A stretch of 62,984 nt of DNA, counting the filler, from Reclinomonas americana ATCC 50394 (Eukaryota): the NCBI GenBank assembly GCA_048213135.1. It is 6 parts of 2 records of this genome, joined end to end, with 100 filler letters (N's around TTAATTAATTAA, not from the genome) between each part and the next. Parts side by side here need not be neighbours in the genome. Positions count along the whole stretch, not along the records: positions 37,256 to 50,519 come from PS015182.1; positions 50,620 to 53,224 come from PS015183.1; positions 53,325 to 62,984 come from PS015183.1; 3 more parts are not named here. One strand, given 5' to 3'. Both the position numbers and the translations under genes were made by a program. Each line of letters begins with the position of its first letter. Within the stretch, counting starts at the first letter, position 1. The notes beneath the pieces were generated by a model, which worked only from the letters and a program-made list of their open reading frames with translations, was not told the origin of the DNA and did no database searches. Below are positions 49,782-62,931 of the stretch, one piece after another.

Positions 49782-50519
49782 ATGCGGTGGACGAAGCGTG
49801 AGCCGCGCATTGCGTCACGCAAGGCGTCGGAACGCGCTCGGCTTGCGCGCGCCTGCCAGCTCATGTGCCCTCTCAACGATCACGAGGTGTTCATGTACTC
49901 GGGGCATCGCAACGACCTCGCCGAGCTGTACACGGATGCGGTGCTGCTTGACACAGGTGCGGGCATGTGAGAATGCATGACAGGGCAGTTTGTGCATCAA
50001 TCATGACTGTATTTTTTTCGTGCTAGTCTCTGGCAAGGCCGAGTTTGTGTGGACCAGTGGAGTATCGGTGGGCTTCCGCAGCGATACGCACTTGGTTCGT
50101 GTCGGCGACAATCGGCTCTTCATGTACGGTGGCAAGACGGCCAAGTCTGGCTTTGGTGGCAGTTTATACGTGGCCAATGCGGCGTTGGCCGATGCGTTTG
50201 TCTTGCGGCGTGTGGTGAAGGAGGAAGGTGATGAGGAGGACGAAGAGGAGGAGGAGGGCGCGGAGGGCGGCGAGGATGCGGGCAAGCCACAGTGGGTGTG
50301 GGAGGCTGTCGAGTTTTCGGGTGACTCCCCAGGGCCGCGTCGTGGTCACTCGCTGACGGCACTCGACGATCATCGTGTGGTGCTGTTTGGTGGCGACAAT
50401 GTGCCTGCCGATGTCTTCTTGTTTGACTTGAGTTGCGCCAAGCCACCCCGCCGACTGTGTGTGATGTCGCAGCTGACCGCTCATGATCGACAGACACCAT
50501 GAGGTGTGAACGCAAGGTT
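49782..50519 (+). CDS. Kelch-repeat protein, 3'-truncated by a scaffold gap
   Basis: Motifs EVFMYSG, NRLFMYGG and PGPRRGHSLTALDDHRVVLFGG...FLFDLNTMR. The start is tentative. Confidence 0.8.
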
Positions 50520-50619
50520 NNNNNNNNNNNNNNNNNNNNNNNNNNNNNNNNNNNNNNNNNNNNTTAATTAATTAANNNNNNNNNNNNNNNNNNNNNNNNN
50601 NNNNNNNNNNNNNNNNNNN

Positions 50620-53600
50620 CACGCCTCCAGCACTCGGAGCGCGTGCGGCGCTTCCAGGTGGAGGTGGTGGCGGCGGTGGAGGCGGAGGAGGCGGCGGTGG
50701 CACTCCCTGCGCGTTGACATGACCCGGCGCAGATGGTGGTGGTGGTGGCGGTGGTGGTGGCGGCGGTGGGGGTGGTGGAATCGACTGATCCGAACCTCCC
50801 GGTGGTGGAGGCGGTGGTGGAGGGGGTGGCGGTGGTGGTGGCGGAATCGAATCGTCCGAACCTCCAGGTGGTGGTGGTGGCGGTGGTGGCGGTGGAGGAG
50901 GTGGTGGAGGAGGCGGCGGCGGTATGTCGTCTCCATCGACGCCAATGGGTGGTGGCGGCGGCGGTGGTGGAGGTGGAGGCGGGATGACCGAGCCCGATGC
51001 CATGGCAACTGCTGCGGCAGTAGCCGGCGTGCCAGACATGGGCGGCGGCGGAGGCGGAATGGCGGCACCCGACGGCGACGGCGGCACGACTGATGAAGGA
51101 ATCATGAATAAAAATCGTCGTACAACCAGACAATCAATGAAAGACTCACGTGAGTGCAAGAAAGATGGCGCCGTGCGGCGACCCTCTTCAATTCCGGCTT
51201 CGTAGGCCAGCCTCGTCACCAGCGTAATGGCATCGCGCGCCAATTGTCCAAGCTGCGAGAATACTCAGTCATGCGATCTTTCGAGGGGAGGGAAGGCGAA
51301 CGAAACTTGGCTCTTGACTTGCAAACGCTGCAGCATTTCGCAAGTCTCACTGAATTCATGCTTGAACTTGTCCATCGTCAGCTGCTGCAGGCGCTCCATA
51401 ACAATGCGCTCCTGCGCGTTGACAATGTCCAGCTCCTGCACCTTCTTCCGCTCGTCATTCAACGCCTGCTCCAGCTCCTCAATGCGCACAGTGCGATCGT
51501 CCATGTCGTCGACATCGTCACCATCGCCGCTGCTCAGCGTCTTGCCGATGAAGCGGCCGATCACCTTCAGGCGGCCCATGCGCTCCTCTTCCCGACTGGC
51601 AGTGAGAGGGAGGAGAAGAAATGTGAGATGGGGGGTGAAGAGGATGGAATGGGAAGGGAGAAAAGATGATGGAAGAAAGAAGATGAGAGAGAGAGAGAGA
51701 GAGACACACACACACACAGATTGAGAGAGAGAGAGAAGGAAAAAGATGAGATCGGCAAGAAAAAAGAACGAGAGAAGAGAGCACGAAGAAAGAGAGAACG
51801 AGAGAAGAAGCGCGAATGAGAGTGACCCACACAGACAAAGAGAGGAGATCGGAAAGGATGAAGACGAAAGTGAGAGAGAGAGAGAGAGAAAGAGAGAAGA
51901 AAGAGAGAGAGGGAGGAGAGACACACACATAGACAAAGAGAGGAGACCGGAAAAACGATGAAGGAACGAGAGAGAGAAGAACGCACCAGAGAGAGAGAGA
52001 GAAAGCACGACAGAGAGAGAGAGACACACACACACACACAACAAAAGAGAGGAGACCGGAAAAAACGATGAAGGAAACGAGAGAGAGTGAAGACCGCATC
52101 AAAGAGAGATTGAAAAAGAGACACACATACACACACTCTGCTCGAAAGAGAGAGAATGGCTATTCTCATTTCATCCACGCAACTCATAATCCGTCTGCGA
52201 CAACTGGTAGATGCCCTGCAGGATGTCCAAGAACACACCGCGTGCCTCGCGCGACTGCTCGAAACGGCGAGCAATCACTTCACTGATTTGCACGGGGTCC
52301 TCCACGTCGACCTCGTCCTCGTCCTCTTCCTCCATCAGCTCGTCTTCCAGCGCGTCCAAATGACTCTCGAACGCCTGGCCAGCATCCTCAATGGCTCGGA
52401 GGCTCTGCACGACAGCAACAACGGATCAGTCTTGCGGGGAGATGCAAGCGACTGCAAGGAAAAGACGCAACCCCGATAATGTCCATAATGTCGAGCTTCT
52501 CAAACTCCTTCTTCAGCTTGCCACGCATATTGCCGCTGACGTTGATGAACACGTTGATGAATGTCATGCAGGCGATCTTGAACTCGGCGTCGTCCACACT
52601 CTTGAGCGCGTTCAGCAGCGTCTGGAACCGGAACTTTTCGCGCTTCACCAGCGCAAAATGATCAATGGCATCCAGGGCCAGCCAAAAGATGCCCTGTCCC
52701 TCGTCCTTCTTGCGCCTATGCAAAAATGGTAGAGCGAGTGAATACGCCATCCAGCAAGAGAACGACGAGAGAGCGGAGACACACCAGATGACGACAAAGA
52801 GCAGGCGGAGCACTTGCGTCTTGACGCGGACGTTGGGGTAGTCGAACACGAGGAAGAGCTTTTGAAGACTCTTGGAGTAGGCCAGGAACTTTTCGAGGCC
52901 CGACTGCGTGTCGACAATCTGCTGAATGCAGGAGACGGCGCCGAGAAGCACTCCGCGGTCCTCCTCACTGTGCGGCGCCGTTGGTGAGACATGCCGACAA
53001 GGAGACAGAAAAGGCAACACAAGAACGCAACATGGGCTTCATCTCCTCGTCGCCCATGACGTGGAACAGTTCCTCGAGACCTGCGGGCGAGTGAGTCAAT
53101 GCTGAGGAAGGGAGGCAAAGTGATAGAGGAAAACACAAACCACCGGCATCCAGGAACTGGTTGACCCAGGAGAGCGGACGACTGCGAAGCTCCTGTTGCA
53201 CAGGGAGGTGAGGCATGAACAGGGNNNNNNNNNNNNNNNNNNNNNNNNNNNNNNNNNNNNNNNNNNNNTTAATTAATTAANNNNNNNNNNNNNNNNNNNN
53301 NNNNNNNNNNNNNNNNNNNNNNNNTGGATGGGAGACAGGAAAGGTCAAACGCACCTGGTGCAAGGCCTGCACTGTTTCCGCCGGCACCGGGCGCTGACGC
53401 AGCGAGTTGAGGAAGAACTCGGGGCGCTTCTTCACCGACGAGTTATCCTCGGCTGTCTGCTTCCGCTGCAGCTTCATCATTGTCATCTTCCTGGTGGTGT
53501 GCACGGGGGGGACCAGGCGGCGTCAGACAATAGGAGAAGGGTAGCGAAGGGAAGGAGATGAATTCTTCAGAGCACTACTTCTACGAGCATGTGAGCGTCA

Positions 53601-54706
53601 GGAACAGACAGTGGCGGACGAGTGTCAGATGAGCGTCAGCTCACTGTATGCGAGGAGATAAGAGCAGAGAAGTAATTGAGTAAGAGAAGTTCTTCACAGC
53701 ATGCATTCTATGAGCATGTGAGTGGCAGGAACAGACAGGGAGAGACAGGGATGGAGTGGCGGACGATTGTCAGATGAGTGTCAGCTCTCTGTGCGCGAGG
53801 AGATCGGAGCTGAGAGCAATGGAGGAAGAGGAGTTCATCAAAGCACTGCCTTCTGTGAGCATGTGAGTGACAGGAACAGACAGGGAGAGACAGGGATGGA
53901 GTGGCGGACGATTGTCAGATGAGTGTCAGCTCACTGTGCGCGTGAGAGAGAGAGAGAGAGAGCGAGAGAGAGCAAAGGAGGAGGAGGAGGAGGAGGAGGA
54001 GAGGAGTTCATCACAGCAATGCCTTCTATGAGCATGTGAGTGTCAGGTGCAGACAAGAGACGGAGTGGCGGACGAGTGTCAGACGGGCCCTCGTTTCCAT
54101 CCACCCTCTATATATATCACACCTCTCTGTGCACAAGTGCGTATGTGTGTGAGAGAGAGGATGAGAGGAAGAGAGGAAAGCAGAAGTCGGAAAAAGGCAG
54201 TTGATGCATGATGAGATCCTTCCTGTCAGAGTCTCTCTTCCCCTTTGCTCCCTCCTTCTCTCACTTTCTCTCTCTCTCACACACACACTCACTCTCTCTC
54301 TCTCTCTCTCTCTCCACACTTCGCAGTCATCCCTCTCAAATTTTCTCTCGCACATTGACGCAACTCAGACATGGGCAATTGACGCATTCTTTCACGCGCT
54401 TCCTCCTTCACAACGCCCATATCATCCTACAAACAAGAACAAACAAACACAAACAAACAACAAACAAACCACACACAAAAACTATAAAAATCCTCACTCC
54501 AACACACGCGCGTGCACACAGCAATGCACACTCACCATAAACTGAAGAGAGACGGAGAGTGTGTGTGTGTGTCAGTGTCAGTGTCAGTGAGAGTGAGAGA
54601 GTGAGCCATGTCAGACAGGCCCGCACACCTTCTCAAACGATTCGTTGATGTTTCCGGCACCGCCTCCGCCACCAGTGGGCGTGCCTGGTGTTCCCGGCGT
54701 TGCCAT
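50620..54706 (-). CDS. Diaphanous-related formin (GBD/FH3, coiled coil, FH1); FH2 lost beyond a gap
   Basis: INESFEKFMDDMGV...RMRQLPMSEK, ELRSRPLSWVNQFLDAGGLEEL, RFQTLL, EFKIACMTFINVF, then a coiled coil and poly-proline FH1 at 50620-51090. Confidence 0.85.
53570..54085. repeat. Intronic minisatellite (~130-170 bp unit, ~4 copies) in the formin gene
   Basis: gagcatgtgag..caggaacagaca...gtggcggacga.tgtcaga recurs at ~53585, 53712, 53857 and 54029. Confidence 0.75.
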
Positions 54707-55071
54707 GTTGCCGCTGCTTGCTGAGTGTGTGTGTTGAGAGTGGCGTGGACAATGTGGGTGTCCTGTGCGTGTCATGCGGCTCGAAGTCTCTCCATTTCCA
54801 AGTTTTGCGAAGATCAACACGAAGCAGACAAAACGACGCACCCCAGCATCAATAAATTCATTGACGATCTGTGACATTTTCCTCGGATTTTGGGAACTTT
54901 GCTCACTTCAACATGTTCGTCGTGATTTACAAAGCCATGCAGCAAGCCAGCGGGTACTGTGCTTGACCCCTCCCACTGCCCATCACGGTGTGTGCCTGTA
55001 TGGTACGACTCTCCGCTTGCTCGCAGTCGAAACTGCGAGAACTTACCCCTTTCCCGCAATTGCGACTGTCG

Positions 55072-58000
55072 TCATCTCTCCGCCTCCACCGTCACCGAAA
55101 ACGGCACTGCCTCCCCGGCGCGGAACTGCAGTGGAATCTCCACGAACCGCTTGCCACTGGCGGCGGTGACTGACAACGCCGAGGACCGCACACGGACCGT
55201 AACCACCCTCACTGTCGGCGTGTCGACAGCCACATGCACCGTCAGCGTGCCGTCCAACACTGCTCGATAGACGCCGTCGACACTGCCGTGTGCGCCAGTG
55301 ACCTCCAGCGACAAGAGCGGCGAGTCGAAACGAGCACCAATCGCCACCACTTGTGTGACATCCACACGAAAGCCGTCGCCCTCCGGCGCCGGTTCCACGC
55401 CGAACGAACGCTGCAGTGCCAGCAGAAACATGGCGTCGGGGTTCATGTTGGCCACGGGAAAATCCGTCATTGGCGTCACCGGGCTGGCCCACGTGCCGCC
55501 CGGATAGCACTTGGGTGCTGGAGTGCACGAGCTTATCGAACCGTCGGGCCCGCCCAGCACGCTGACCCACACAGTGGGGAACGCGGTGGCGTGCGTCGCA
55601 TACAGGTGCTTGACGAGAGTGGGGAAGAACAGCGCCGGGCGCAGGGCAGACAGGCTCCACGTCAGCAACTGGCTGATGGCCGGCCACACCTGCCCGCCGG
55701 GACTGCACGCACGAAAAGGTGAGGAAGTGCGTGTGAATGCACCGTGACTGCAAAAACATGAAGACGCACGCTAATCTTGGTCCAATCGGAGAGTCAGCGT
55801 CGAGTTGCTGCACGACAATGTCGACCAGCTGCTGCGCCTGCGCCTCGGTGAGCAGCGAGAATTCCTCGTCCTGGCTCATGGCCAACAACAGCGGCCACAC
55901 TTGACTCTCGAGCGACACGAATGACTTGCTGTCGTTGAGATCGTCAATGCCGTACAGGTAGGCACGGTCGAGGGCATTGTAGAGCCACGCCCGGCCGAAC
56001 CAGCGGCCACCAAAAGTGGCGCGTACGGGATCAAGGAGGGTGCGACAAAAGTCCACCATCGACGAGGCCAATTGTTGCGCATCTGCGCGAGGAGAGCGAC
56101 GAAGAATGGCGGCCATGCGCGGCAACACCCACAATGCCATTTGCGTATTCGGCATCGACTCGCCGTGCTCTTCGGTGAAGGCCACAGCCAGCGGATCGGG
56201 GTCGGTCAGCGAGATCGCATCGTTCCAATCACCGCTGCGCACTCGCAAACAGCCGTGAGGTCCTCGCCCCACCACCTCCGTGAGGTGCGCAAACGCCGCC
56301 TTGACGTGACTAAGCACGGTGTAGTCGGTGGCGCCGGGCGGTAACTCTGTGGAGTTGGCCGGATAGAACGGAACCTCGGTGGTATACAAGAATGCCGAGT
56401 CGCCCGTCATGCTGATCCACTGCGACACTGGCGATGAGTGCGACAATCATGCAAAGGAGGAGAACTGCTTCTTGGCACCTCAGTCAGCGCCCACAACACG
56501 TAAATGTCGAGGTCGGACGGCGTCGCGTGCAAGCCGAGAGCATCCGATGTCACGCCGTGGCCGTGATACGAGTAGGCAACTTTGCATCACGATGTGAGCG
56601 CTTGAGATTTCACACGCACACACGCAAGCAATGACGGCACCACAGACCTTGGCCGGTGCGCGCATCTCGCACACTCATGATGAGCTGGAGGCTCTCGCGC
56701 GCCAACTGCGGCATCATGGTGATGGTCGGCAAGATAAACAAGGCCACATCGCGCGGCACACCGTCGACTCCGTGCAAGTACAGATATGCGCTGCCTTGGG
56801 TGATGGAATGCAGTTGCGAGTAGTCGTGAAAGACGGACGCGGCGAGCAGCGAGTGTGAGCGCCACAATGCCTCGGCCTGAATGCGCTCGCTCTCCTGTTT
56901 GGCGAGCCACATTGGGTGATGCAAGACGTTGCGGAAGTCAGAGAAGGAGCGACGAAACTTGCGGCGTGAGCGACGGGGTGGCGGGTAGCGAGACGCGCAG
57001 CAGTACCGACTTCCACTCAGCAAGGCAGTCGGGCAGGGAGTAGGAGCGATACCGATTCGCCAGCGCGTCGATCGCCCCTATCGTGTACCCTTCAGGCAAA
57101 TACCCAAACAGGAAGCGCAAGACGACGCGTTGTCCGGGGGCCAGCGTGACACGATGCCGCACGGCAAGCATGGCCGGCTGACCCATCGCAGGCGTGTCAG
57201 CAGGGAGCAGGCGCGACGGGCGGCGGTCGCGCACGGCCACGGGACTGGCGGGTGTGGAGCCGCGATCGAAAAAGTAGCGCTGGTCACCAAACACCGCATC
57301 GACGGGCACCTGCTCCGATAGCAGCGTGAGGAAGATGTCGGGTGGATAGTAATCCTCGCCGCTGATCTCCTCGCGACCTGGCGGCGGCGGCGACAGACCA
57401 GGACGCGGCCGCATGGAGGCCACGAGCGTGGCGTTGTTGTTGCTGGCCTCCACCGACTGAACGAAGCGATCGTTGAAGCGATCACGCAGCAGGTTGCCGG
57501 GCTCAGCAGCCTCGCCCGTTCGTATCCACTGCGTGGGGAGGAGTCGCCTGGTGAGAAGCACGGTGGTGGAGTGGGTGGGGAGGAGTGGCGGCGCGCAACT
57601 TCAGCCTGCAACTGGTGTCGATTGACATCAAAGTACTCGTAGTGGTCAAACGACAACTCGCGCTGCCCGTCCGTGTTGACCAGCTCGACCTCGTCGAGAA
57701 GCACCGGGTCATCGCCATACACCGGATACAGCGTGTGCGACACTGTCAGCGGCACTTCGCCGCCGAAAGCCGTGCTGGTGCGGAAGTAACCCAGGCCAAA
57801 GCGCCTCGAGGTGGTCGCATTGAGCGGAGCATAACTGCAGCACCGATGAGATCAAGTGGTCAACGAAGAAAGAAGTTGGTACGCGGTGAGAGAGACGCAA
57901 CATGTGCGCCGAGCACAGCACGCGGTCGTTCACATGCAAGTAGCTGAATCCACCGGCGAGGTTGAACTGTGCCTCGTCGAAGCGATTGGCCCACGTGGGT

Positions 58001-58470
58001 CCGCGCTCGCCGAACAACACTTGCACATAGCCCTTGTCCACAGCCATCATGTTCAGACGCTGATTGCCCAGCATATGGAAGTGATCTGTGTGAAGGAGAT
58101 GGGGGTTTATCAGGAATGAGAAAGGAGGGAGCAAGGGAGAAGGAGAGAGCGCGGGGCACCATTGCGCTTGAGAAACTCGGGGAAAATGTCTTGCGAGTTT
58201 GGCCAGAATGCACGCGGATCGACGCGTTCATCCAGAGTCCACTCAAAGGCGGGAAGATCGCCCTCTGACAGTGCGTGCGTGCGAAGAGGGTGTGTGAGAT
58301 GAAAGGAGACAAACACACACACACACACACAAGAGAGACAAGAGACCATCGGTGATCCATGCGCCAAAGATGCTGTTGTTGTCTCCGTGTGCGTGACATG
58401 ATGATAATGATGATGCAGAGAGAACGAGGAGCGAGAGGAGAGCAACGATAATGGCAAGCTGTCGCTGCAT
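55072..58470 (-). CDS. GH94-like (alpha/alpha)6 glycoside phosphorylase/hydrolase with a signal peptide
   Basis: Signal peptide MQRQLAIIVALLSLLVLSASSLSSCHA; motifs HMLGNQRL, RRFGLGYF, PRDVAL, SDLDIYVLWALTEWISMTGDSAFL, GPHGCLRVRSGDWND, HGES, GRWFGRA and LESQVW. Confidence 0.8.
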
Positions 58471-58517
58471 TCACTCGGCAATCACAATCACAGTTGTCGG
58501 GTTTGTCCGGGCCTCTG

Positions 58518-61500
58518 TCACCGCTCGTCGTCAATGCGACGGATCTTGTGCTGGTGTCGCATGCGGTATGGGTCGTTGGCAGAGGATCCTGACGCGGAGT
58601 GGCGTGAAGGGCCGAATTCGTCAATGGCGTCTTCGTCGGCACGACGCTTGCGATCTGTGCGTCGAGTGCAGTCAGGCATCTGTCGATGCATGCACGATGA
58701 AAAGGCGACGCAACTGTCACGTCCGCTGGAGGAGCGTGAGGAGGTGGGCGATCGACTCCGAGAACGCGAGTGCTGCGACGATGAACAATAAGTGAAGGGG
58801 AGGGAGGGAGCGACAAGAGAAAGCAAGTGACGCACCGATCCGCGTGTGTATGCCGACCCAGACGAGGCGGCAGGAGCATTTGCCGATGGTGGTGGCGGGT
58901 GCGGTGGGTGAACAGCGGCAGCGCTGCTCGGGCCGGCGGCTGTGGGGAATTGTGGCTGAATGTTGAGGCTGCGCAGCGTGGCCACCAGCATGCCCACGTT
59001 GGCCGTCGGTCCGCCGTACATGCCCGACGGAGGCAGAGCGCGCAGCAGGCGGGCCACAGCGTCTGGCAGCGGCAGTGGTTGTCGCCCCGGAGGTCCGCCA
59101 GCGGCCTGCAGAAGCAATGAGCAAAGGAGGAAGAGAACAAGATGTGAGGAAGAATGTCTTTGTGCGCAACTGGCTGGCGCACGGAGGCTCCAACTGTTGA
59201 TGGGGGTGCACCAGCAGGTGCTATGGCCGGTCGACCGAGCTCTCCCGGTCGTGCGAGGGTGAGTCTGTGTGAGTGCACGCAGCGAAGAGGGTAAGCAGGT
59301 CAAGAACAAGGAAAAGCAAGGATCTCAGCAAAAGCGAGAGAGAGAGAGAGCACCAAGAACCCGCACACACGCACGCACACAGGAATGGCAACTGAGGAGA
59401 CAACACACCACACAAAGAGTCTCTGTTCCCACACCCTTCCTCTCCCTCTGCCTCAACTTGGCGGCTGTTCGACTGTCCACAAACGTCAGGAGCGAGAAAT
59501 CCGGCTTTATCACTGAGCGCAGAGGCGGTCGAATGATGGCCGCCTCCTCTTGTCGCAACACTGTCCACACCACAGTGAGTTTGCGAGAATACAGGATTGC
59601 ACGCCCGATCGCAACACACCTTCCTCGGGGCGACGAGAGCGCCACGAGTCCGCCAGGTCTGGAAATGCGCAAGTTGAATGTCAGAATTCACCAACACACA
59701 CTGGCAGTGTCCACGAACATACGCTCACCCATGACGCGCAGCTGCGCAGCACTGGTCGGCCACAACTCGTGATAACGGAGACGATGAATCACGCTGCGGA
59801 TGCCGCTTGGAGCTGCAGTGCGGTGAGACAATCATACAAGCGGCGCAGACCAGCGACCAAAACAAACACACACCAAGTTGTGGGAAATCACGAGCTCGAC
59901 GCGCCTCCAACCGCGCCACCGCCGTCGGGTCGTTGCTACACATGCGTTCCAGATCAATGTATCGATTCCACAGCGGCAGCGAGTGCTCTCGTGGCATGGT
60001 CTTCAACACGCTCTCAAACAAGGCACGGGCATCTGCAAAAGAAAAAATGAGATGCGTACAGAGACAAGAGAGAGTGTGAGAAACAAAAGTGCACGAAACT
60101 CTGATCGTTGGCTGTGCGGATGAGAAAATCCGCATATTGCAGCACATATTCCGGATCGGCGCCGTGCGTCTTCATGCCGGCCTCGAACACGTTGGTGGCT
60201 GCTTGCACATCCTTGTTGATGTTGACCTCCATCAACGCTGCGCAGAATTGGAGAATGAGGGGCCACGAGAAGATGATGACAACGAGGAGTTGAGGCATAC
60301 CCGCGGCGACATATACATCGGGTGATTTGCACACTTTCCTTGCCTGCACAAACACCTTGCGCGATGCCGTAACTCCCTGCATGACAGTCGCAGGAACATG
60401 TGAGACAGCGTGCATCATGGCAACGAAGACGGCGGTCTCACCTCTGTCCGCAGCGTGAAACGCTGGAAATGAATGTACATGAGCGGATCGGGGGCGTCTT
60501 CGGCCTTGACAAAGTACCTCGTGAACACGTTTTTCGCTTTCTGCGCGACATGGCATTAGCACAGATGACAATTGCACTTGTAGCAAGTCCGCCACACCTC
60601 ATTGGCACGCTCGGTCTCGAAGAATTCCACAGCGGCCAAGTGCAGCAGCACGTTGGTTGGGTGTGCCACAAGCGCTCGCTCAAAGATCTGTTCGGCTTCG
60701 TCACGCGACGACTGTCGCATGGCGGCGGCGTACCTGGTAGGAGGGGGGCAGGAGAGGGGAGGGAGAAGGAGGAAAGGGGAGAAGGAGAGGGGGAGGGGGA
60801 GGGAGAAGGGGAAGGAGAAGGGGAGGGAGAAGAGGAATGCGAAGGGGGGAGAAGGGTGAGAAGGAGGGAAAAGAGGTAAGTGGATTGACAAGGAGACAGA
60901 GTCGTGTGCAAAGAATATGGATGAGAGAGACACAAGGTGTGCATGTGGTCGAAGACAGATAGTAGCGCAGTGTGTTGGTGTGGGATTCGAGAGGTGAGCG
61001 TGCACGGGAGCAGAGACCAGCGTGCTGCGAATGAGAGGCAGCAAGATGCTAGAGAGTGTTGTGGAGACGATGTACGCAGTACGCAAGAGCCGTGTGTTGC
61101 AAGCGCAATGAGCAACAGAATTGAGTGCGTAGTGCGTGGAAGCAAAAGAGCTGGGTGCTGGACACGGTACGAGCGAGAGGCGTGCAGTGTACCAGAGACA
61201 GCGAGATGTCAGCAGATGGTTCGAGAAAGTAAGCAGAATTGAGTGCGTAGTGCGTGGAAGCAAAAGAACTGGGTGCTGGACACGGTACGAGCGAGACAGC
61301 GAGTAAGTCAGCGGAAGGTTCGAGAAAGTACGCAAAGTTGAGTGCGCAGTGTGTGGAAGCAAACGAGCTGTGTGCTGGACAGGTGCGACCGAGACAGCGA
61401 GTAAGTCAGCGGAAGGTTCGAGAAAGTAAGCAGAGTTGGGTGTGAAATGTGAATCAGGCTCGAGAATAGACAACAAGCGCAATATGGTGGCGAGGGCTTC

Positions 61501-62931
61501 AAGAAGTGAGCAGAGAGAGATCTGAGAGCACCGCGGAGACAATGCACACAGAATGCAAGACAGAGTTCGAAGCGCCTTGGAGAGGCGACAGGAGCAATAG
61601 AGTTGAGAAGTGGAAGCAAACGAGCTGTGTGCTGGACACGGTATCAAAGACAGCGAGAAATCAGCGGATTGAGACATAAGCAGAGTGGAATCAACAAAGT
61701 GTGAGGCTCAAGAAGTGCAGCATGTAGGTGGGATTCGAGAGGTGGGCAGCGAGAGAAGTGCAGTACAAAGAAGTGGTTTAGACGATGTGTGAAAAACTGT
61801 GATACGCACCAGATATCCGGGTAGTGGTACAGGCTGGCCAACGCTTGGTTGTACGCAAAGTTGACGCGAATCTTGTGCTCTTCGGGTTTGAGGTTTTGCG
61901 GGTTGGACTCCTCCAGTGTCAGCCACGATTTCCACAAAAAGTACTGTGCGAAGACGTCAGAAACACTTCATCATTATCTCTCTCTCTCTCTCGGTATCTC
62001 TCTCCCTCCAATGTGTACCTGAATGCAGTCTTTACGTGAACCCGTCGGTGGCCTCGGCAGCAACTGCGTGAGCATGTGCGCACGCAGTGCCCGCTTGTCC
62101 TTTAGTGCCTGCAGCGCAGCATTGTAGATGGGCCGCCATTGTGCCAGCATTGGTGTCGCCTATCGACCACACAGCAGCGTCAGCATGCGCGTGTCGCCAG
62201 ACTACAACCACACACGCACGGACGCACCAAGTCTGGCGACTTGGACGTCTCGAAATCCTCGTACTGCCGCCACAAGACCTCCAAGCCGTTGACAGGCACC
62301 TGAATCACACTCTGAAACACTTTGCGCACACTCGAGGTCTTGGCGCTCTCCGACGTGATGTCCACCGGCTGTGCGGGGTCGGGGTTAAGTTATTTTGTCA
62401 CACCACCACTCTCTTCTTGACACACACACGGCGCACCCGCTCTTCGTCCAAGAACTGCAAGTAGTCACGCCACAGCGGCATGGACATCATGTCCAAGCCG
62501 ACCTGAAACACGGCATACTCGTACGCCGCAGCCACACTCTGCAGACACGTACGCATCAGCCGTAATCCTCCTCTCCTCTCCCTCTCCGCCATCGCACGAC
62601 GCAACACTCCGGTCGTGGCCGCGCATCTGCCGAATGAACGACACATACAGCGTCCACAGCTCGACATGCAACGTCTGCGGCAAGCAGCGCTGGAACAGCT
62701 GCTCTGCACGATCCATGAAACCCAGACGCATCTCCATCTCAATGTATCGCGCCCAGAAGCGACCCTGCAGGTGCTGTTGAGCACAGAACCTATCGCGAGG
62801 CAAGACAGGAAGAGCACACTGACCGCCAGTGGGAAGGTGGCCAAGAACTTGTCGTAAATGGCCCGAGCATCGTCGATCGGCAACCCCGGCGACGACTGGC
62901 CCATGATGACCGCCAGGTTCTCCATCAGAAT
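58518..62931 (-). CDS. CSTF3: Cleavage stimulation factor 77 kDa subunit (CstF-77/Rna14), 5'-partial
   Basis: HAT repeats: ARAIYDKFLATFPLAGRFWARYIEME, LFQRCL..LHVELWTLYV, LWRQYEDFE, WKSWLTLEESNP, RVNFAYNQAL..LYHYPDIW, DPLMYIHFQRF, NARALFE. C-terminus DPYRMRHQHKIRR. Confidence 0.92.
61080..61670. repeat. Intronic minisatellite in a ~1.07 kb CSTF3 intron
   Basis: gtggaagcaaa..agctg.gtgctggaca.ggt...gagacagcgag...tcagcgga recurs at ~61136, 61254, 61353 and 61610. Confidence 0.75.

Noticed and set aside
50520-50620. Formin lacking FH2 and a truncated kelch gene as pseudogenes or a novel architecture
   Set aside because: Both run open into the same scaffold spacer, so the missing parts are simply unassembled.
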